The notes beneath the pieces were generated by a model. It saw only the letters and a program-made list of their open reading frames with translations, made no database searches and was not told where the DNA came from. A program made the translations under genes and the position numbers. Of a DNA stretch of 64,000 bases, positions 17,340 to 27,289 are shown one piece after another (position 1 is the first letter of the stretch; the number at the start of each line of letters is the position of its first letter). The stretch covers positions 32,001-96,000 of the forward strand of contig CAVTWJ010000001.1 of NCBI GenBank assembly GCA_963738405.1, in the 5' to 3' direction. This DNA is from a candidate division FCPU426 bacterium. Its GTDB lineage: Bacteria; Oederibacteriota; Muellerivitia; Muellerivitales; Muellerivitaceae.

Positions 17340-18296
17340 ATGGAAACAAACGATCAACCACTCATACTTTTAACCGGCGCCACGGGCTACGTGGGGGGCA
17401 GGCTGTTGCCCCTGCTCCTGGAAAAGGGTTATGCCCTTAGGTGCCTGGCTCGAAAGCCCGAATACTTACAATCGAAGTCCCCGGCGGGAGTGGAGGTTGT
17501 GGCGGGAGACCTACTCCAGAAAGAAACAATTCTCAAAGCCCTGCAGGGGGTCCATACGGCCTATTATTTGGTCCCTTCGATGGCTTCCTCCCCAAGATTT
17601 CATGAAACCGACCGTATCGCGGCCAAAAATTTCGCCGAGGCCGCCAGACGGACCCATGTCAAAAAGATCGTTTATCTTGGGGGCCTTTGCGAAACGTCCA
17701 AGGGTTCCCGGCTCATGGAAAGCCGGGAAGAGGTGGGGAAAATTCTTCGCTCTTGCGGTGTGCCGACGATTGAGTTCCAGGCTTCCATCATTATCGGAAA
17801 GGGCAGTTTTCCCTTCGAAATCATCCGATCACTGGTAGATCGACATCCGGTCATGTTAACCCCTCGATGGATCAGGACGGCCTGTCAGCCCATTGCCATC
17901 GATGATGCGCTGGCCTTCCTAACCTCCGCCCTGGATAAACCCTATCTGGAAAGCCAGGTGTTTCATATTGGCGGGGGCGAAAGGACTTCCGTGGGAGGCC
18001 TGATGAGGGAATATGCCCGGCAAAAGGGAAAATGGAGGGTCATGATCCCATTTCCCTTATTGGCCCCCCGTCTTTCCAGCCTTTGGCTGGGTCTGGTAAC
18101 GCCCCTTCGCGCGGAGGCGGGACGGCAACTGGCCGAGAGTCTGCGCAAGCCATCGGTGGTGAATGACTCGACCGCCTTGAAAATATTTCCGGTCAAACCC
18201 TTGGGCGTTTCGGAAATGGTTTCCCGTGCCATCCGCGATGAAGATGGGAAATCGGCCATGACCTTTGAGCTCGACGCCTCTATCCCTCAAAAGTAA
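17340..18296 (+). CDS. Atypical SDR, NAD(P)-binding (YbjT-like)
   Basis: LLTGATGYVGGRL, AYYLV, IVYLGGL, IIIGKGS.PFE, QPIAIDD. Confidence 0.88.
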   Translation: METNDQPLILLTGATGYVGGRLLPLLLEKGYALRCLARKPEYLQSKSPAGVEVVAGDLLQKETILKALQGVHTAYYLVPSMASSPRFHETDRIAAKNFAEAARRTHVKKIVYLGGLCETSKGSRLMESREEVGKILRSCGVPTIEFQASIIIGKGSFPFEIIRSLVDRHPVMLTPRWIRTACQPIAIDDALAFLTSALDKPYLESQVFHIGGGERTSVGGLMREYARQKGKWRVMIPFPLLAPRLSSLWLGLVTPLRAEAGRQLAESLRKPSVVNDSTALKIFPVKPLGVSEMVSRAIRDEDGKSAMTFELDASIPQK

Positions 18297-18351
18297 AACC
18301 GCCTACACGCCCGCTTTTTCGATCCTCCAAATTCATTTGCCTCCTTTTCAA

Positions 18352-18367
18352 TGTGACGAGGGTCATA
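18352..18367. promoter_or_regulatory. CRP/FNR-family-like site upstream of nifJ
   Basis: TGTGA-CGAGGG-TCATA, one mismatch to TGTGA-N6-TCACA, ~75 bp before the ATG. Confidence 0.45.
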
Positions 18368-18442
18368 ACGAAAGTCCTTTTTTACAACCAAAATATCACC
18401 ATTAAAGACCCCTTGCTGACCCCACCTTTTAAGGAGACTCAA

Positions 18443-21400
18443 ATGAGTGATTCACTGTTCGCGACCATGGACGGAAATGAAGCGGTAGCCCACGTAGCCT
18501 ACCGGCTGAATGAAGTCATTTCGATTTATCCGATCACGCCTTCATCCCCCATGGCCGAATATTGCGATGAGTGGGCCGCCGCGGGACGGCTGAACCTTTG
18601 GGGCGTGATCCCGACGATTGTGGAGCTTCAATCCGAGGGTGGAGCCGCGGGAACCGCGCACGGAGCCCTTCAAGCCGGCACCTTCACGACCACATTTACA
18701 GCCTCCCAGGGCCTGCTTCTCATGATTCCCAATATGTTCAAAATCGCGGGGGAATTGACCCCCGCGGTTTTTCACGTCTCGGCCCGGGCACTGGCCTACC
18801 ACGCCCTTTCTATTTTTGGCGACCATAGCGACGTGATGGCTTGCCGCACCACCGGTTTCGGAATGCTGGCCTCCAACTCCGGGCAGGAAGCCATGGATTT
18901 GGCCTTGATCTCCCAAGCCGTCACCTTGGAATCCAGGGTGCCATTTCTTCACTTCTTTGACGGGTTCCGTACTTCTCACGAAGTTTCCAAGGTTAAGTTG
19001 ATCGAGGACGAGGTTTTGCGCGAAATGGTCCCTCCCGAATTGACAGCGCAAGCCCGCGGCCGTGCCCTGACGCCCGACCACCCGGTTTTAAGAGGCACCG
19101 CCCAAAATCCGGACGTCTATTTCCAAGGCCGTGAAAAGGCCAATCCCTATTACCAGGCGGTCCCGGAAATCACCCAAAAGGCCATGGACAAATTCGCCAA
19201 ACTGACGGGCCGAGCTTACAAAATCTTTGACTACTACGGCGATCCCAACGCGGAAAGAATCATCATCATGATGGGATCGGGCGCGGAAGCGGCTGAGGAG
19301 ACGGTGGACTATCTTTCAGCCAAGGGTGAAAAGGTGGGCCTGTTGAAAATCCGTTTATATAGGCCTTTTGACGCCCAAGCCTTTGTTTCGGCCATACCTT
19401 CCACGGTCAAGAGTGTCGCGGTGTTGGACCGCACCAAGGAATCTGGAAGCCTGGGTGAACCCCTTTATTTAGACGTGGTGACTGCGTTATGCGAAACGGT
19501 GATGGCTGGGAAAGCCTCATTTAAATTCATGCCCCGTGTTATCGGGGGTCGGTACGGTCTTTCCTCCAAGGAGTTCACACCAGCCATGGTGATTGCCCTC
19601 TATAACCACTTAAAGGAAGCTGGCCTTAAAAACCATTTCACCCTGGGTATCAACGACGACGTGACCCATACCAGTCTCCCTTACGATGAGAACCTTTCCA
19701 TCGAGCCTGCCGAGGTCAAGAGGGGTCTCTTTTTCGGTCTGGGTTCGGACGGAACGGTAGGCGCCAATAAGAACACCATCAAGATCATTGGGGAAAACAC
19801 CGATTTCTGGACCCAGGGCTATTTCGTTTACGATTCGAAGAAGTCCGGCTCCATGACTACCTCCCATTTGCGTTTCGGACCCAAACCGATCCGTTCCACT
19901 TACCTCATCAACCGGGCCGATTTTGTGGCCTGCCACCAGCCCGCCTTCCTCAACCGCATGGATATGTTGAAGGACTTAATGGAAGGGGGGACTTTCCTTC
20001 TTAACAGCCAGCATCCCGTTGGGGAGGTATGGGACAACCTTCCCCAGAAGGTACAGGAGCATCTATTGACCAAGAAGGCAAAGCTTTACGTCGTTGATGC
20101 CTATGCGGTCGCCAAAAAGGCCGGGATGGGAAACCGGATCAACACCATCATGCAGGTTTGTTATTTCGCCCTATCGGGGGTTTTGCCCAGGGAAGAGGCC
20201 ATCGCGGCGATCAAAAAATCCATCGTCAAAACCTACAAGAGGAAGGGCGATAAGATCGTCCAAGCCAACCTGGAGGCCGTGGACACCACCCTGGCCAATC
20301 TTCACGAGGTATCTATTTCGGGTAAAAAGGCGGGGATTACGCCCTTTAGAAAGGCGGTGCCGGACAAGGCTCCCGATTTCGTGCGAAACGTGCTGGCTGC
20401 CATCATTCGGGGGGAAGGCGACAGCCTGCCCGTGTCGGCTTTTCCAGAGGATGGAACCTATCCCACGGCCACAGCTTTGTTTGAGAAGCGGGACATTGCC
20501 CAGGAAATTCCGGTTTGGAACGAGGATCTCTGTATTCAATGCGGTAAATGCGTCGTGGTCTGCCCCCACGCGGTCATCCGCCCTAAGGTTTATGAACCTT
20601 CGCTTCTTTCCTCGGCACCCCAAGGCTTCAAAACGGCCATCGCAAAGCACCGTGACTGGAAGGGCATGAATTACACCCTACAAGTGGCGCCCGAAGACTG
20701 CACGGGTTGCGGGCTTTGTGTGGAAGCCTGCCCGGTGAAAAGCAAAACCGAGTCTAACTTGAAAGCCATTAATATGAAGCCCCAGCCGGCCATTGTTGAA
20801 AGCGAGATGAAGAATTGGGAATTCTTCCTTGGCTTGCCAGAGGCGGACCGTACCAAGATCAACCTGGGGATGATCAGTCAGCAGCAATTGCAGCAACCGC
20901 TCTTTGAGTTCTCCGGGGCTTGCGCGGGTTGCGGCGAGACACCTTATGTCAAAATGGTCTCCCAGCTTTTTGGGGACCACATGCTGGTGGCCAATGCCAC
21001 CGGATGCTCTTCCATTTACGGCGGCAATCTACCCACGACTCCTTGGGCCAAGAACGCGCAAGGGCGGGGGCCCTCCTGGTCCAACTCCCTTTTCGAGGAT
21101 AACGCCGAATTCGGCTTAGGCTTTAGGGTTTCCCTAGACCATCAGATCAAGACCGCCGAGTCCCTTTTAAAGCGCCTGGAAAATGAGGTGGGGAAGGATT
21201 TAATGGATTCCATCCTAACCGCTTCGCAGAAAACCGACGCGGAGATCAACGCCCAGAGGGGGCGGGTGGTTCAATTGAAGGAAAAGCTGAAGGGCTCATC
21301 CAAGTATGAAGCAAAGGAACTATTGAATCTCGCGGACTGTTTGGTGAAAAAATCTGTCTGGATCATGGGCGGGGACGGATGGGCTTACGACATTGGTTAT

Positions 21401-22063
21401 GGCGGACTCGACCACGTGCTTTCTACCGGGCGCAACGTCAATATCCTGGTGTTGGATACCGAAGTTTATTCCAACACGGGGGGCCAGGCATCTAAATCAA
21501 CCCCGAAAGGCGCGGTGGCCAAGTTCGCCGCCGCGGGAAAGGCCCAAGGCAAGAAAGATTTAGGGCTTATGGCGATGACTTACGGCAATGTTTACGTGGC
21601 CCGAGTGGCATTGGGAGCCAATGACGGCCAGGTGTTGAAGGCCCTTCAAGAAGCGGAAGCTTACGATGGGCCCTCCATCGTCATCGCCTATTCCCATTGC
21701 ATCGCCCATGGTTACGATCTGATCAACGGCCTGAAACAGCAAAAATCCGCGGTGGATTCGGGGCAATGGGTGCTTTACCGCTATCATCCCGACCGCCTGA
21801 AAGCCGGGGAAAACCCCCTGACCGTTGATTCGGGCGCATTGAAGATGTCGGTTCAGGATTATGAAATGCAGGAAAACCGATTCAAGATGCTCACCATGAG
21901 CAAGCCCGAAGAGGCGAAGAAATATTTTGAGCAAGCCCAGACCGAAGCTGAGTACCGCTGGAATTACTACCAGTACCTTTCGAAGCTAGATCCCAAGACA
22001 TTCACGGCGGGGTTAGCGGCTGTAGCTCATGCCGCACCGCCTCCAGCCGTTCCAAAGGCTTAG
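18443..22063 (+). CDS. nifJ: Pyruvate:ferredoxin (flavodoxin) oxidoreductase, single-chain
   Basis: YPITPSS, QSEGGAAG, GLGSDGTVG, two ferredoxin motifs (CIQCGKCVVVCP, CTGCGLCVEACP), GACAGCGE, GGDGWAYDIG; ATG 18443 with AAGGAG RBS. Confidence 0.97.
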   Translation: MSDSLFATMDGNEAVAHVAYRLNEVISIYPITPSSPMAEYCDEWAAAGRLNLWGVIPTIVELQSEGGAAGTAHGALQAGTFTTTFTASQGLLLMIPNMFKIAGELTPAVFHVSARALAYHALSIFGDHSDVMACRTTGFGMLASNSGQEAMDLALISQAVTLESRVPFLHFFDGFRTSHEVSKVKLIEDEVLREMVPPELTAQARGRALTPDHPVLRGTAQNPDVYFQGREKANPYYQAVPEITQKAMDKFAKLTGRAYKIFDYYGDPNAERIIIMMGSGAEAAEETVDYLSAKGEKVGLLKIRLYRPFDAQAFVSAIPSTVKSVAVLDRTKESGSLGEPLYLDVVTALCETVMAGKASFKFMPRVIGGRYGLSSKEFTPAMVIALYNHLKEAGLKNHFTLGINDDVTHTSLPYDENLSIEPAEVKRGLFFGLGSDGTVGANKNTIKIIGENTDFWTQGYFVYDSKKSGSMTTSHLRFGPKPIRSTYLINRADFVACHQPAFLNRMDMLKDLMEGGTFLLNSQHPVGEVWDNLPQKVQEHLLTKKAKLYVVDAYAVAKKAGMGNRINTIMQVCYFALSGVLPREEAIAAIKKSIVKTYKRKGDKIVQANLEAVDTTLANLHEVSISGKKAGITPFRKAVPDKAPDFVRNVLAAIIRGEGDSLPVSAFPEDGTYPTATALFEKRDIAQEIPVWNEDLCIQCGKCVVVCPHAVIRPKVYEPSLLSSAPQGFKTAIAKHRDWKGMNYTLQVAPEDCTGCGLCVEACPVKSKTESNLKAINMKPQPAIVESEMKNWEFFLGLPEADRTKINLGMISQQQLQQPLFEFSGACAGCGETPYVKMVSQLFGDHMLVANATGCSSIYGGNLPTTPWAKNAQGRGPSWSNSLFEDNAEFGLGFRVSLDHQIKTAESLLKRLENEVGKDLMDSILTASQKTDAEINAQRGRVVQLKEKLKGSSKYEAKELLNLADCLVKKSVWIMGGDGWAYDIGYGGLDHVLSTGRNVNILVLDTEVYSNTGGQASKSTPKGAVAKFAAAGKAQGKKDLGLMAMTYGNVYVARVALGANDGQVLKALQEAEAYDGPSIVIAYSHCIAHGYDLINGLKQQKSAVDSGQWVLYRYHPDRLKAGENPLTVDSGALKMSVQDYEMQENRFKMLTMSKPEEAKKYFEQAQTEAEYRWNYYQYLSKLDPKTFTAGLAAVAHAAPPPAVPKA

Positions 22064-22159
22064 TTTTTCGGGCGGCCCCAACCGCGCACGAAAATACCAG
22101 GCGTCCGGGTGGGGCCGGGCGCCGTTCATCCCAGGGGAGAAGAACCATAAGGAGCCGAA

Positions 22160-23203
22160 ATGGTTGACCTCAGCACGAGCTACATGGGATTAAAACTTAA
22201 AAACCCCCTGGTGCCTTCCTCAAGCCCCGTATCAAAAGACCTGGATTCGTTGAAGCGCATTGAGGACGCCGGGGCGGGGGCGGTCGTGCTTTATTCCCTC
22301 TTTGAAGAACAGATCTTCGTTGAGCAGTACGGCCTGCAAAATGACTTAAATCGGGGCGTGGATAGTTTTCCGGAGGCTTTGAGCTATTTTCCCGAACCAG
22401 AGAACCTGGACCTCGCCAGCGAAAAGTATTACCAGCTCATCCAAAGGGGTAAGCGGGCGCTGGATATTCCCATTATCGCCAGCTTGAACGGAACATCTTT
22501 GGGGGGCTGGACCGACTGCTCCAAGAATATCGAGCAGGCGGGCGCGGACGGACTGGAACTAAACCTCTATAACATTCCTACGGATTTCAATACTCCGGGC
22601 GTGGTATTCGAGGAGCGTAATTACGAAATTTTCCGCTTGGTCAAGAACGCCGTCCATATTCCAGTAGCTGTAAAACTTTCAGCCTATTACACCAATACGG
22701 CTTATACAGCCCGTAAGTTTTCGGAAGCCGGGGCAAGCGCTTTGGTTCTCTTCAACCGTTTTTATCAGCCGGATTTCGACATTGAGAACAAGCTCGTCGC
22801 TCCCACTGCGGTTTTGTCCGGACCCCAAGATCTGCGGTTGTGCCTGACCTGGATCGCGATTCTAAAGGGAAGGTTGAAGTGCGGGTTGGCCGCCACGGGG
22901 GGCGTCCTGCACGCGGTTGATGTGCTGAAGGTGATGATGGCCGGGGCGGATGTGGCCCAGCTTTGTTCGACTCTCCTTCGAAATGGTATTCCTTATATCA
23001 CCAGCCTCAAGCGCAACATCGAAGTCTGGATGGAAGAAAATGAATACCAGTCGATCCAAGAGATGAAGGGAAGCATGAGCCAGGAACATTGCGACGATCC
23101 ATCAGCCTTCGAGCGGGCCCATTATCTGCGTACCCTCGCGGGGTACAAAGACAGCCTGGACGGTTACCAGGCCATGGATAAAAACGAGCCTTGGCCCGTT
23201 TAA
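22160..23203 (+). CDS. Dihydroorotate dehydrogenase-like flavoprotein
   Basis: LSTSYMGLKLKNP, SLFEEQI, PIIASLNG, LELN, LFNRFYQPD, ATGGV; typical nifJ neighbour. Confidence 0.88.
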   Translation: MVDLSTSYMGLKLKNPLVPSSSPVSKDLDSLKRIEDAGAGAVVLYSLFEEQIFVEQYGLQNDLNRGVDSFPEALSYFPEPENLDLASEKYYQLIQRGKRALDIPIIASLNGTSLGGWTDCSKNIEQAGADGLELNLYNIPTDFNTPGVVFEERNYEIFRLVKNAVHIPVAVKLSAYYTNTAYTARKFSEAGASALVLFNRFYQPDFDIENKLVAPTAVLSGPQDLRLCLTWIAILKGRLKCGLAATGGVLHAVDVLKVMMAGADVAQLCSTLLRNGIPYITSLKRNIEVWMEENEYQSIQEMKGSMSQEHCDDPSAFERAHYLRTLAGYKDSLDGYQAMDKNEPWPV

Positions 23204-23411
23204 AAGGATCCGCAAGGGCCGATTGAGAATTCCGATGTGTAATCTTTACTCAACTCCGGAAAATATTTTCTTAAAACCCAATGAATTAGAAATTGAGCCG
23301 ATGCGCTCAATTTTATTTTTGGGGGTTTGGCGTTGTGGTTTCATAAGAAGATTTATAATGGAACCGGAAAAGGGATAGAGCCTCAATCGAATCCCTTCCT
23401 GGGGAGGCGCC

Positions 23412-23936
23412 ATGAAAATTATCTGCTCCTATTGCAGAAAAGAAATGGGTGAAAAAGCTCCTCTGGAGGATGCGGGTCGAACCCATGGGATTTGCCCCGA
23501 TTGCGACCAGCATTTTTCCCCCCAGTGGGATGGGTTTAATCTTTCCGACTACCTCGATACATTCGAGGAACCGGTGGTTATTTTCAGCCCCGATTCCCGT
23601 GTGATCGCCTTCAATGAAAGCTATTCCCGCGCCTACCTGGATGAGGCGAAAAAGCCTAAGGGCCTTTTGGGCGGGGAGTTTTTGGAATGTGCTAACGCCC
23701 GCTTGCCGGAAGGGTGCGGGCACACGGTGCATTGCCGGGATTGCGCCATTCGAAATACCATCGCGGCCACCCTGCGCACGGGAAAACCTCAAAAAGATAT
23801 ACCGGCCTTTTTAAATACGACCGTCCATGGAAAGACTGTGGTGAAGAAACTGAGGATTTCTGGCGAGATGCATGGTTTGATGGTTTGCCTTTTGATCGAG
23901 GAAGAGGCAAAACGATCAGCCCTTGTCGCGTCCTAA
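23412..23936 (+). CDS. Cys-rich protein: N-terminal CxxC...HGICPxC module + PAS-like domain (paralogue 1)
   Basis: CSYC, HGICPDC, LDTFEEPVVIF..VIAFN, GGEFLECANARLPEGCGHTVHCRDC; RBS GGAGG. Confidence 0.75.
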   Translation: MKIICSYCRKEMGEKAPLEDAGRTHGICPDCDQHFSPQWDGFNLSDYLDTFEEPVVIFSPDSRVIAFNESYSRAYLDEAKKPKGLLGGEFLECANARLPEGCGHTVHCRDCAIRNTIAATLRTGKPQKDIPAFLNTTVHGKTVVKKLRISGEMHGLMVCLLIEEEAKRSALVAS

Positions 23937-23992
23937 GACCCTGGCTTTTTACTGATCGAACCTCCTAGGATGGGTCTAAACAAGGAGGCGTT

Positions 23993-24469
23993 ATGAATGT
24001 TTATGATTTTTCCGCTAAATCCATTGATGGAAAAGAGAAGCCCCTGTCCGATTACCGAGGCAAGGCATTGTTGATCGTCAATGTGGCGAGTCGATGCGGT
24101 TATACACCCCAATACGAGGGCCTTCAAAAGCTTTACGATCACTACCAAGGGCGGGGTTTGGAAATACTCGGGTTTCCATGCAACCAATTTGGGGCTCAAG
24201 AGCCGGGAACTGAATCGGAGATCAAGTCCTTTTGTGAAATGAATTTCGGCGTGAAATTCCCCCTATTTGCGAAGATCGACGTGAATGGGGAAAAGGCCCA
24301 TTCCCTGTACCAATACCTAACAAAGGACCTTCCTGGAATCTTGGGCACGGAAGCCATCAAGTGGAATTTCACGAAGTTTTTGGTGGATCGGGAAGGAAAC
24401 CCGGTGAAAAGGTATGGCTCGGCGGATAAGCCGGAGGCTTTGGAAAAGGATATCGAGAAGCTTTTGTAA
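23993..24469 (+). CDS. Glutathione peroxidase (Cys-type)
   Basis: VNVASRCGYTPQY, LGFPCNQFG, IKWNFTKFLV; the active site is TGC (Cys), not TGA. Confidence 0.95.
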   Translation: MNVYDFSAKSIDGKEKPLSDYRGKALLIVNVASRCGYTPQYEGLQKLYDHYQGRGLEILGFPCNQFGAQEPGTESEIKSFCEMNFGVKFPLFAKIDVNGEKAHSLYQYLTKDLPGILGTEAIKWNFTKFLVDREGNPVKRYGSADKPEALEKDIEKLL

Positions 24470-24541
24470 CCCCTCTGGGGCGATTTCCTTAATTAACGGT
24501 GCGTGGGTTGGATATCTTTAACCAGCCCAATGGAGCGGGCC

Positions 24542-25063
24542 ATGAAAATCATGTGTTCCTATTGCCGGGCCGAAATGGGGGAAAAAGAACCCCTGGGGGA
24601 TGCTTCACTGACCCATAGTATTTGTCCGGAATGTTTCGAGTACTTTTCCCGCCAATGGGTTGGGTTCCACCTCAACGATTTTCTGGATACCTTCGATGTG
24701 CCGATGGTCATTTTTAGCCCCAACACCCGGGTCATCGCCTATAACGAGAATTACGCCAAGCAATTTCTGAAGAATGAAGAAAAAACAATTGGGCTTTTGG
24801 GCGGGGAATTCATGGAATGCGCCCATGCGCGCCTACCGGAGGGTTGTGGCCGCGCTGTTTGCTGCAGGGATTGTACGATTCGAGCCACGATCATGAGTAC
24901 CCTTCGATCGGGCATCGCTCAAAAAAACGTGCCCGCCTATTTAAATACTTTTGAAAACGGGGAACCGGTTGTGAAAAATCTTAGAATCTCCACCGAGAAA
25001 CACGGCCCTGTCGTGAGCATGCATATTGAAGAAGTCGGCACTGAGGCTGTTAAAGGCGGGTAA
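24542..25063 (+). CDS. Cys-rich PAS-like protein (paralogue 2)
   Basis: MKIMCSYC, HSICPEC, GGEFMECAHARLPEGCGRAVCCRDC; colinear with 23412-23936. Confidence 0.75.
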   Translation: MKIMCSYCRAEMGEKEPLGDASLTHSICPECFEYFSRQWVGFHLNDFLDTFDVPMVIFSPNTRVIAYNENYAKQFLKNEEKTIGLLGGEFMECAHARLPEGCGRAVCCRDCTIRATIMSTLRSGIAQKNVPAYLNTFENGEPVVKNLRISTEKHGPVVSMHIEEVGTEAVKGG

Positions 25064-25146
25064 AAAAACATCAATCAAAGGCTGGGTGGTTGTCTGAGTG
25101 ACTGTAATCGATGATGATGGTATAAATCTTTTTCAAGGAGAAATGA

Positions 25147-25386
25147 ATGGGACTCATTATGGCGGTCGTCGTTGGCATTTTCTCGGGATGGTTGGCTGGC
25201 AAAATTTGGAAAGGCAAAGGTTTTGGCCTTGTCGGCGATTTGATCATCGGTATTTTGGGCGGCCTCTTGGGAAATTTTCTATTCGGCTTGGTTGGAATCG
25301 TCGCCTTGGGGCTCTTGGGAAACATTATCGCCGCCGTAGTTGGCGCTTTAATCCTTTTGTGGATCTTGCGGCAGATTAAAAAATAA
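25147..25386 (+). CDS. GlsB/YeaQ/YmgE (transglycosylase-associated) membrane protein
   Basis: GWLAGKI..G.G.GLVGDLIIGILGG...AVVGALILL. Confidence 0.88.
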   Translation: MGLIMAVVVGIFSGWLAGKIWKGKGFGLVGDLIIGILGGLLGNFLFGLVGIVALGLLGNIIAAVVGALILLWILRQIKK

Positions 25387-25411
25387 ACAGCGTTTTCGTT
25401 TTGTTTTACCC

Positions 25412-25442
25412 AAAGGGCGGGGATCAACCCCCGCCCTTTTTT
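25412..25442 (+). terminator. Rho-independent terminator
   Basis: AAAGGGCGGGG-atcaac-CCCCGCCCTTT TTT. Confidence 0.85.
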
Positions 25443-25683
25443 GTCATCCCCATAGAAATCCTGATCTTGAGGTGCGAGCCCTTTCGACCCCCTTTATATG
25501 GGGGCTTTTGGGAGCCGAAAAGCTTGTTACTTGCCATATTTGGCGGCTCGGGAGCATCATAGTTGCCCCAGGACAGTGGATCGGTAGGGTCGTTCTTTTA
25601 TGGATGAATTAAGCTGAGTTTTCAGCGCAACTGAGTATTTCATCTTTTTCCCGCCTGTCTGGGTTTTTCTGAGGAGTCCTTTC

Positions 25684-25956
25684 ATGAAAACCTTCAAATA
25701 TGCTGAAAGTATTTTCTGCGAGAGCTGTCGCGGTCACGTCAAAATGGTGGATTGCCGCGTCGCGGCTAAAAAATCCAAGACCAAACCTCAGGTCGAGATC
25801 GATTTCGCCTGTGTTGAATGCGGACAGCGGGGCACGGCCCAACGGGACGCGGAATTTCTCCATTTCAGCGAGAGGGAATTCTGCCTTTCCAAAGGGTTGA
25901 CCATCTTGAAACCCAAAGCCAAGGGTGTGGGCGTCGTTTTCACGGTTGCCCGTTAA
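25684..25956 (+). CDS. Small hypothetical zinc-ribbon protein
   Basis: CESC...CVEC; GAGGAG RBS. Confidence 0.55.
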   Translation: MKTFKYAESIFCESCRGHVKMVDCRVAAKKSKTKPQVEIDFACVECGQRGTAQRDAEFLHFSEREFCLSKGLTILKPKAKGVGVVFTVAR

Positions 25957-26058
25957 CCCTTAAAGTTTCCGCTGCTTCCCTCCATTTTCATGAGCCTAGT
26001 CATAACTGCGTTGAACGGCGCTTTTTAAAATAAGAACATTAAAATTGTTTCCTCAAGG

Positions 26059-26811
26059 GTGTCCATGGACAGTTACGGGGACTCTTTCGCGTGTTTTTAT
26101 GATCATCATTTCGCAGGCTACTCGGAACATTCCGCGCCCTATCTTTTAAATTACGCCTTTAACCATCAGCGTGAAGGCCGGCTTCCTAAAATTTTAGATC
26201 TGGGCTGTGGAACCGGCCATTTGGCGCGCCGTTTCCTGGAGGCGGGGTACGAGGTCACGGGCGTGGACGTTTCGCCTGCCATGCTGGCCTTTGCGAAGGC
26301 GAAATGCCTGCCATTTCTTTACAGCGGTAAAGCCAGCTTCGTCAAAGCCGATTTGTTCAATTTAAACCCCATGGGACCCTTTGGTCTCGCCCTTTCCACC
26401 TATAACGTATTTAATCACTTGCTTGAAAACAAACTGGCTGTGGTATTTCGAAACGTGGGCCGGTGCATGCTTCCCTTAGGGGAGATTGTTTTCGATTACC
26501 AAACGAGGTTTGGATTGAGGGAATGGGTGGCTCAAGAGAACATCCCGATGAACGGGGGAGCCTTGGAGTCGGAAGGCTGTTTTGACGAATCCAGCGGCAG
26601 TGCGTGGATGAGGCTGAAAGGTTCGGTCGATGGGCTGGTTTTCGATGAAACCATCTTCAACCATTCGATCTCTCTGAAGAAACTACGCGAAATTATGAAA
26701 AAAGAAGGATGGCAATCGATTCGTATGGCCCGTATCGATAGGTTGGGAGAGGAATTAGAAAATCCCGAGGGACAAAAAAGGGTGGTGGTGTTGGCGGAAT
26801 GGAAAAGCTAG
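26059..26811 (+). CDS. Class I SAM-dependent methyltransferase
   Basis: ILDLGCGTG, TGVDVSPAML, FNHL. Confidence 0.85.
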   Translation: MSMDSYGDSFACFYDHHFAGYSEHSAPYLLNYAFNHQREGRLPKILDLGCGTGHLARRFLEAGYEVTGVDVSPAMLAFAKAKCLPFLYSGKASFVKADLFNLNPMGPFGLALSTYNVFNHLLENKLAVVFRNVGRCMLPLGEIVFDYQTRFGLREWVAQENIPMNGGALESEGCFDESSGSAWMRLKGSVDGLVFDETIFNHSISLKKLREIMKKEGWQSIRMARIDRLGEELENPEGQKRVVVLAEWKS

Positions 26812-26854
26812 CAGCCTGCTGGGATTTGGCGGTTGGATTTAAGAAAGGCAGGTT

Positions 26855-27289
26855 ATGGGAATCAAAAAAGGCTGGATCGAGAACCCGGCTCATCCGCGCG
26901 AGCCGATATTGACGGATTACCGGGTTTTACCCGCCTCGGATGCCGTCCTTATTCTGAAAGACCCCCAATACTCTAAGACCCCCTTTAAAGGCCAGGACCT
27001 GGCCCGAACGATAGCGTATTTACTCAAGAGCCAACCTGAGGAATTGACGGCGGGAAAGCTTCGCTATTGCAGCCAGGAACCGCTTCGAGATGGAATGGTT
27101 TTGGAAGTCACCCTCTTTCTGGCCGATTATCACTGTAAGCTAAAGTTTTTGGCACAGACCAACGCGGTTGGCTTTGAGGCGGAAATGAAAGAAATGGTCT
27201 TTAGCGTCGGTATGACGGTCTTGGCCGTCAATCGGGGTGACTTAGAACTGTTTAGCAAAATTATTGAGAATCGTAAGAAGAAAAGCTGA
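26855..27289 (+). CDS. Hypothetical protein (possibly PilZ-like beta barrel)
   Basis: 144-aa ORF; weak PilZ-like pattern (PR.P...Y, ...G.LRY.S..PL..G.VLEVTL, F.VGM). Confidence 0.45.
   Translation: MGIKKGWIENPAHPREPILTDYRVLPASDAVLILKDPQYSKTPFKGQDLARTIAYLLKSQPEELTAGKLRYCSQEPLRDGMVLEVTLFLADYHCKLKFLAQTNAVGFEAEMKEMVFSVGMTVLAVNRGDLELFSKIIENRKKKS

Noticed and set aside
23290..23313. Inverted repeat AAATTGAGC-N6-GCTCAATTT
   Set aside because: Followed by a T-rich run downstream of the nifJ operon; adequately explained as a weak terminator, though an operator cannot be excluded.
23993..24469. Selenocysteine glutathione peroxidase
   Set aside because: The active-site codon is TGC (Cys); there is no in-frame TGA.
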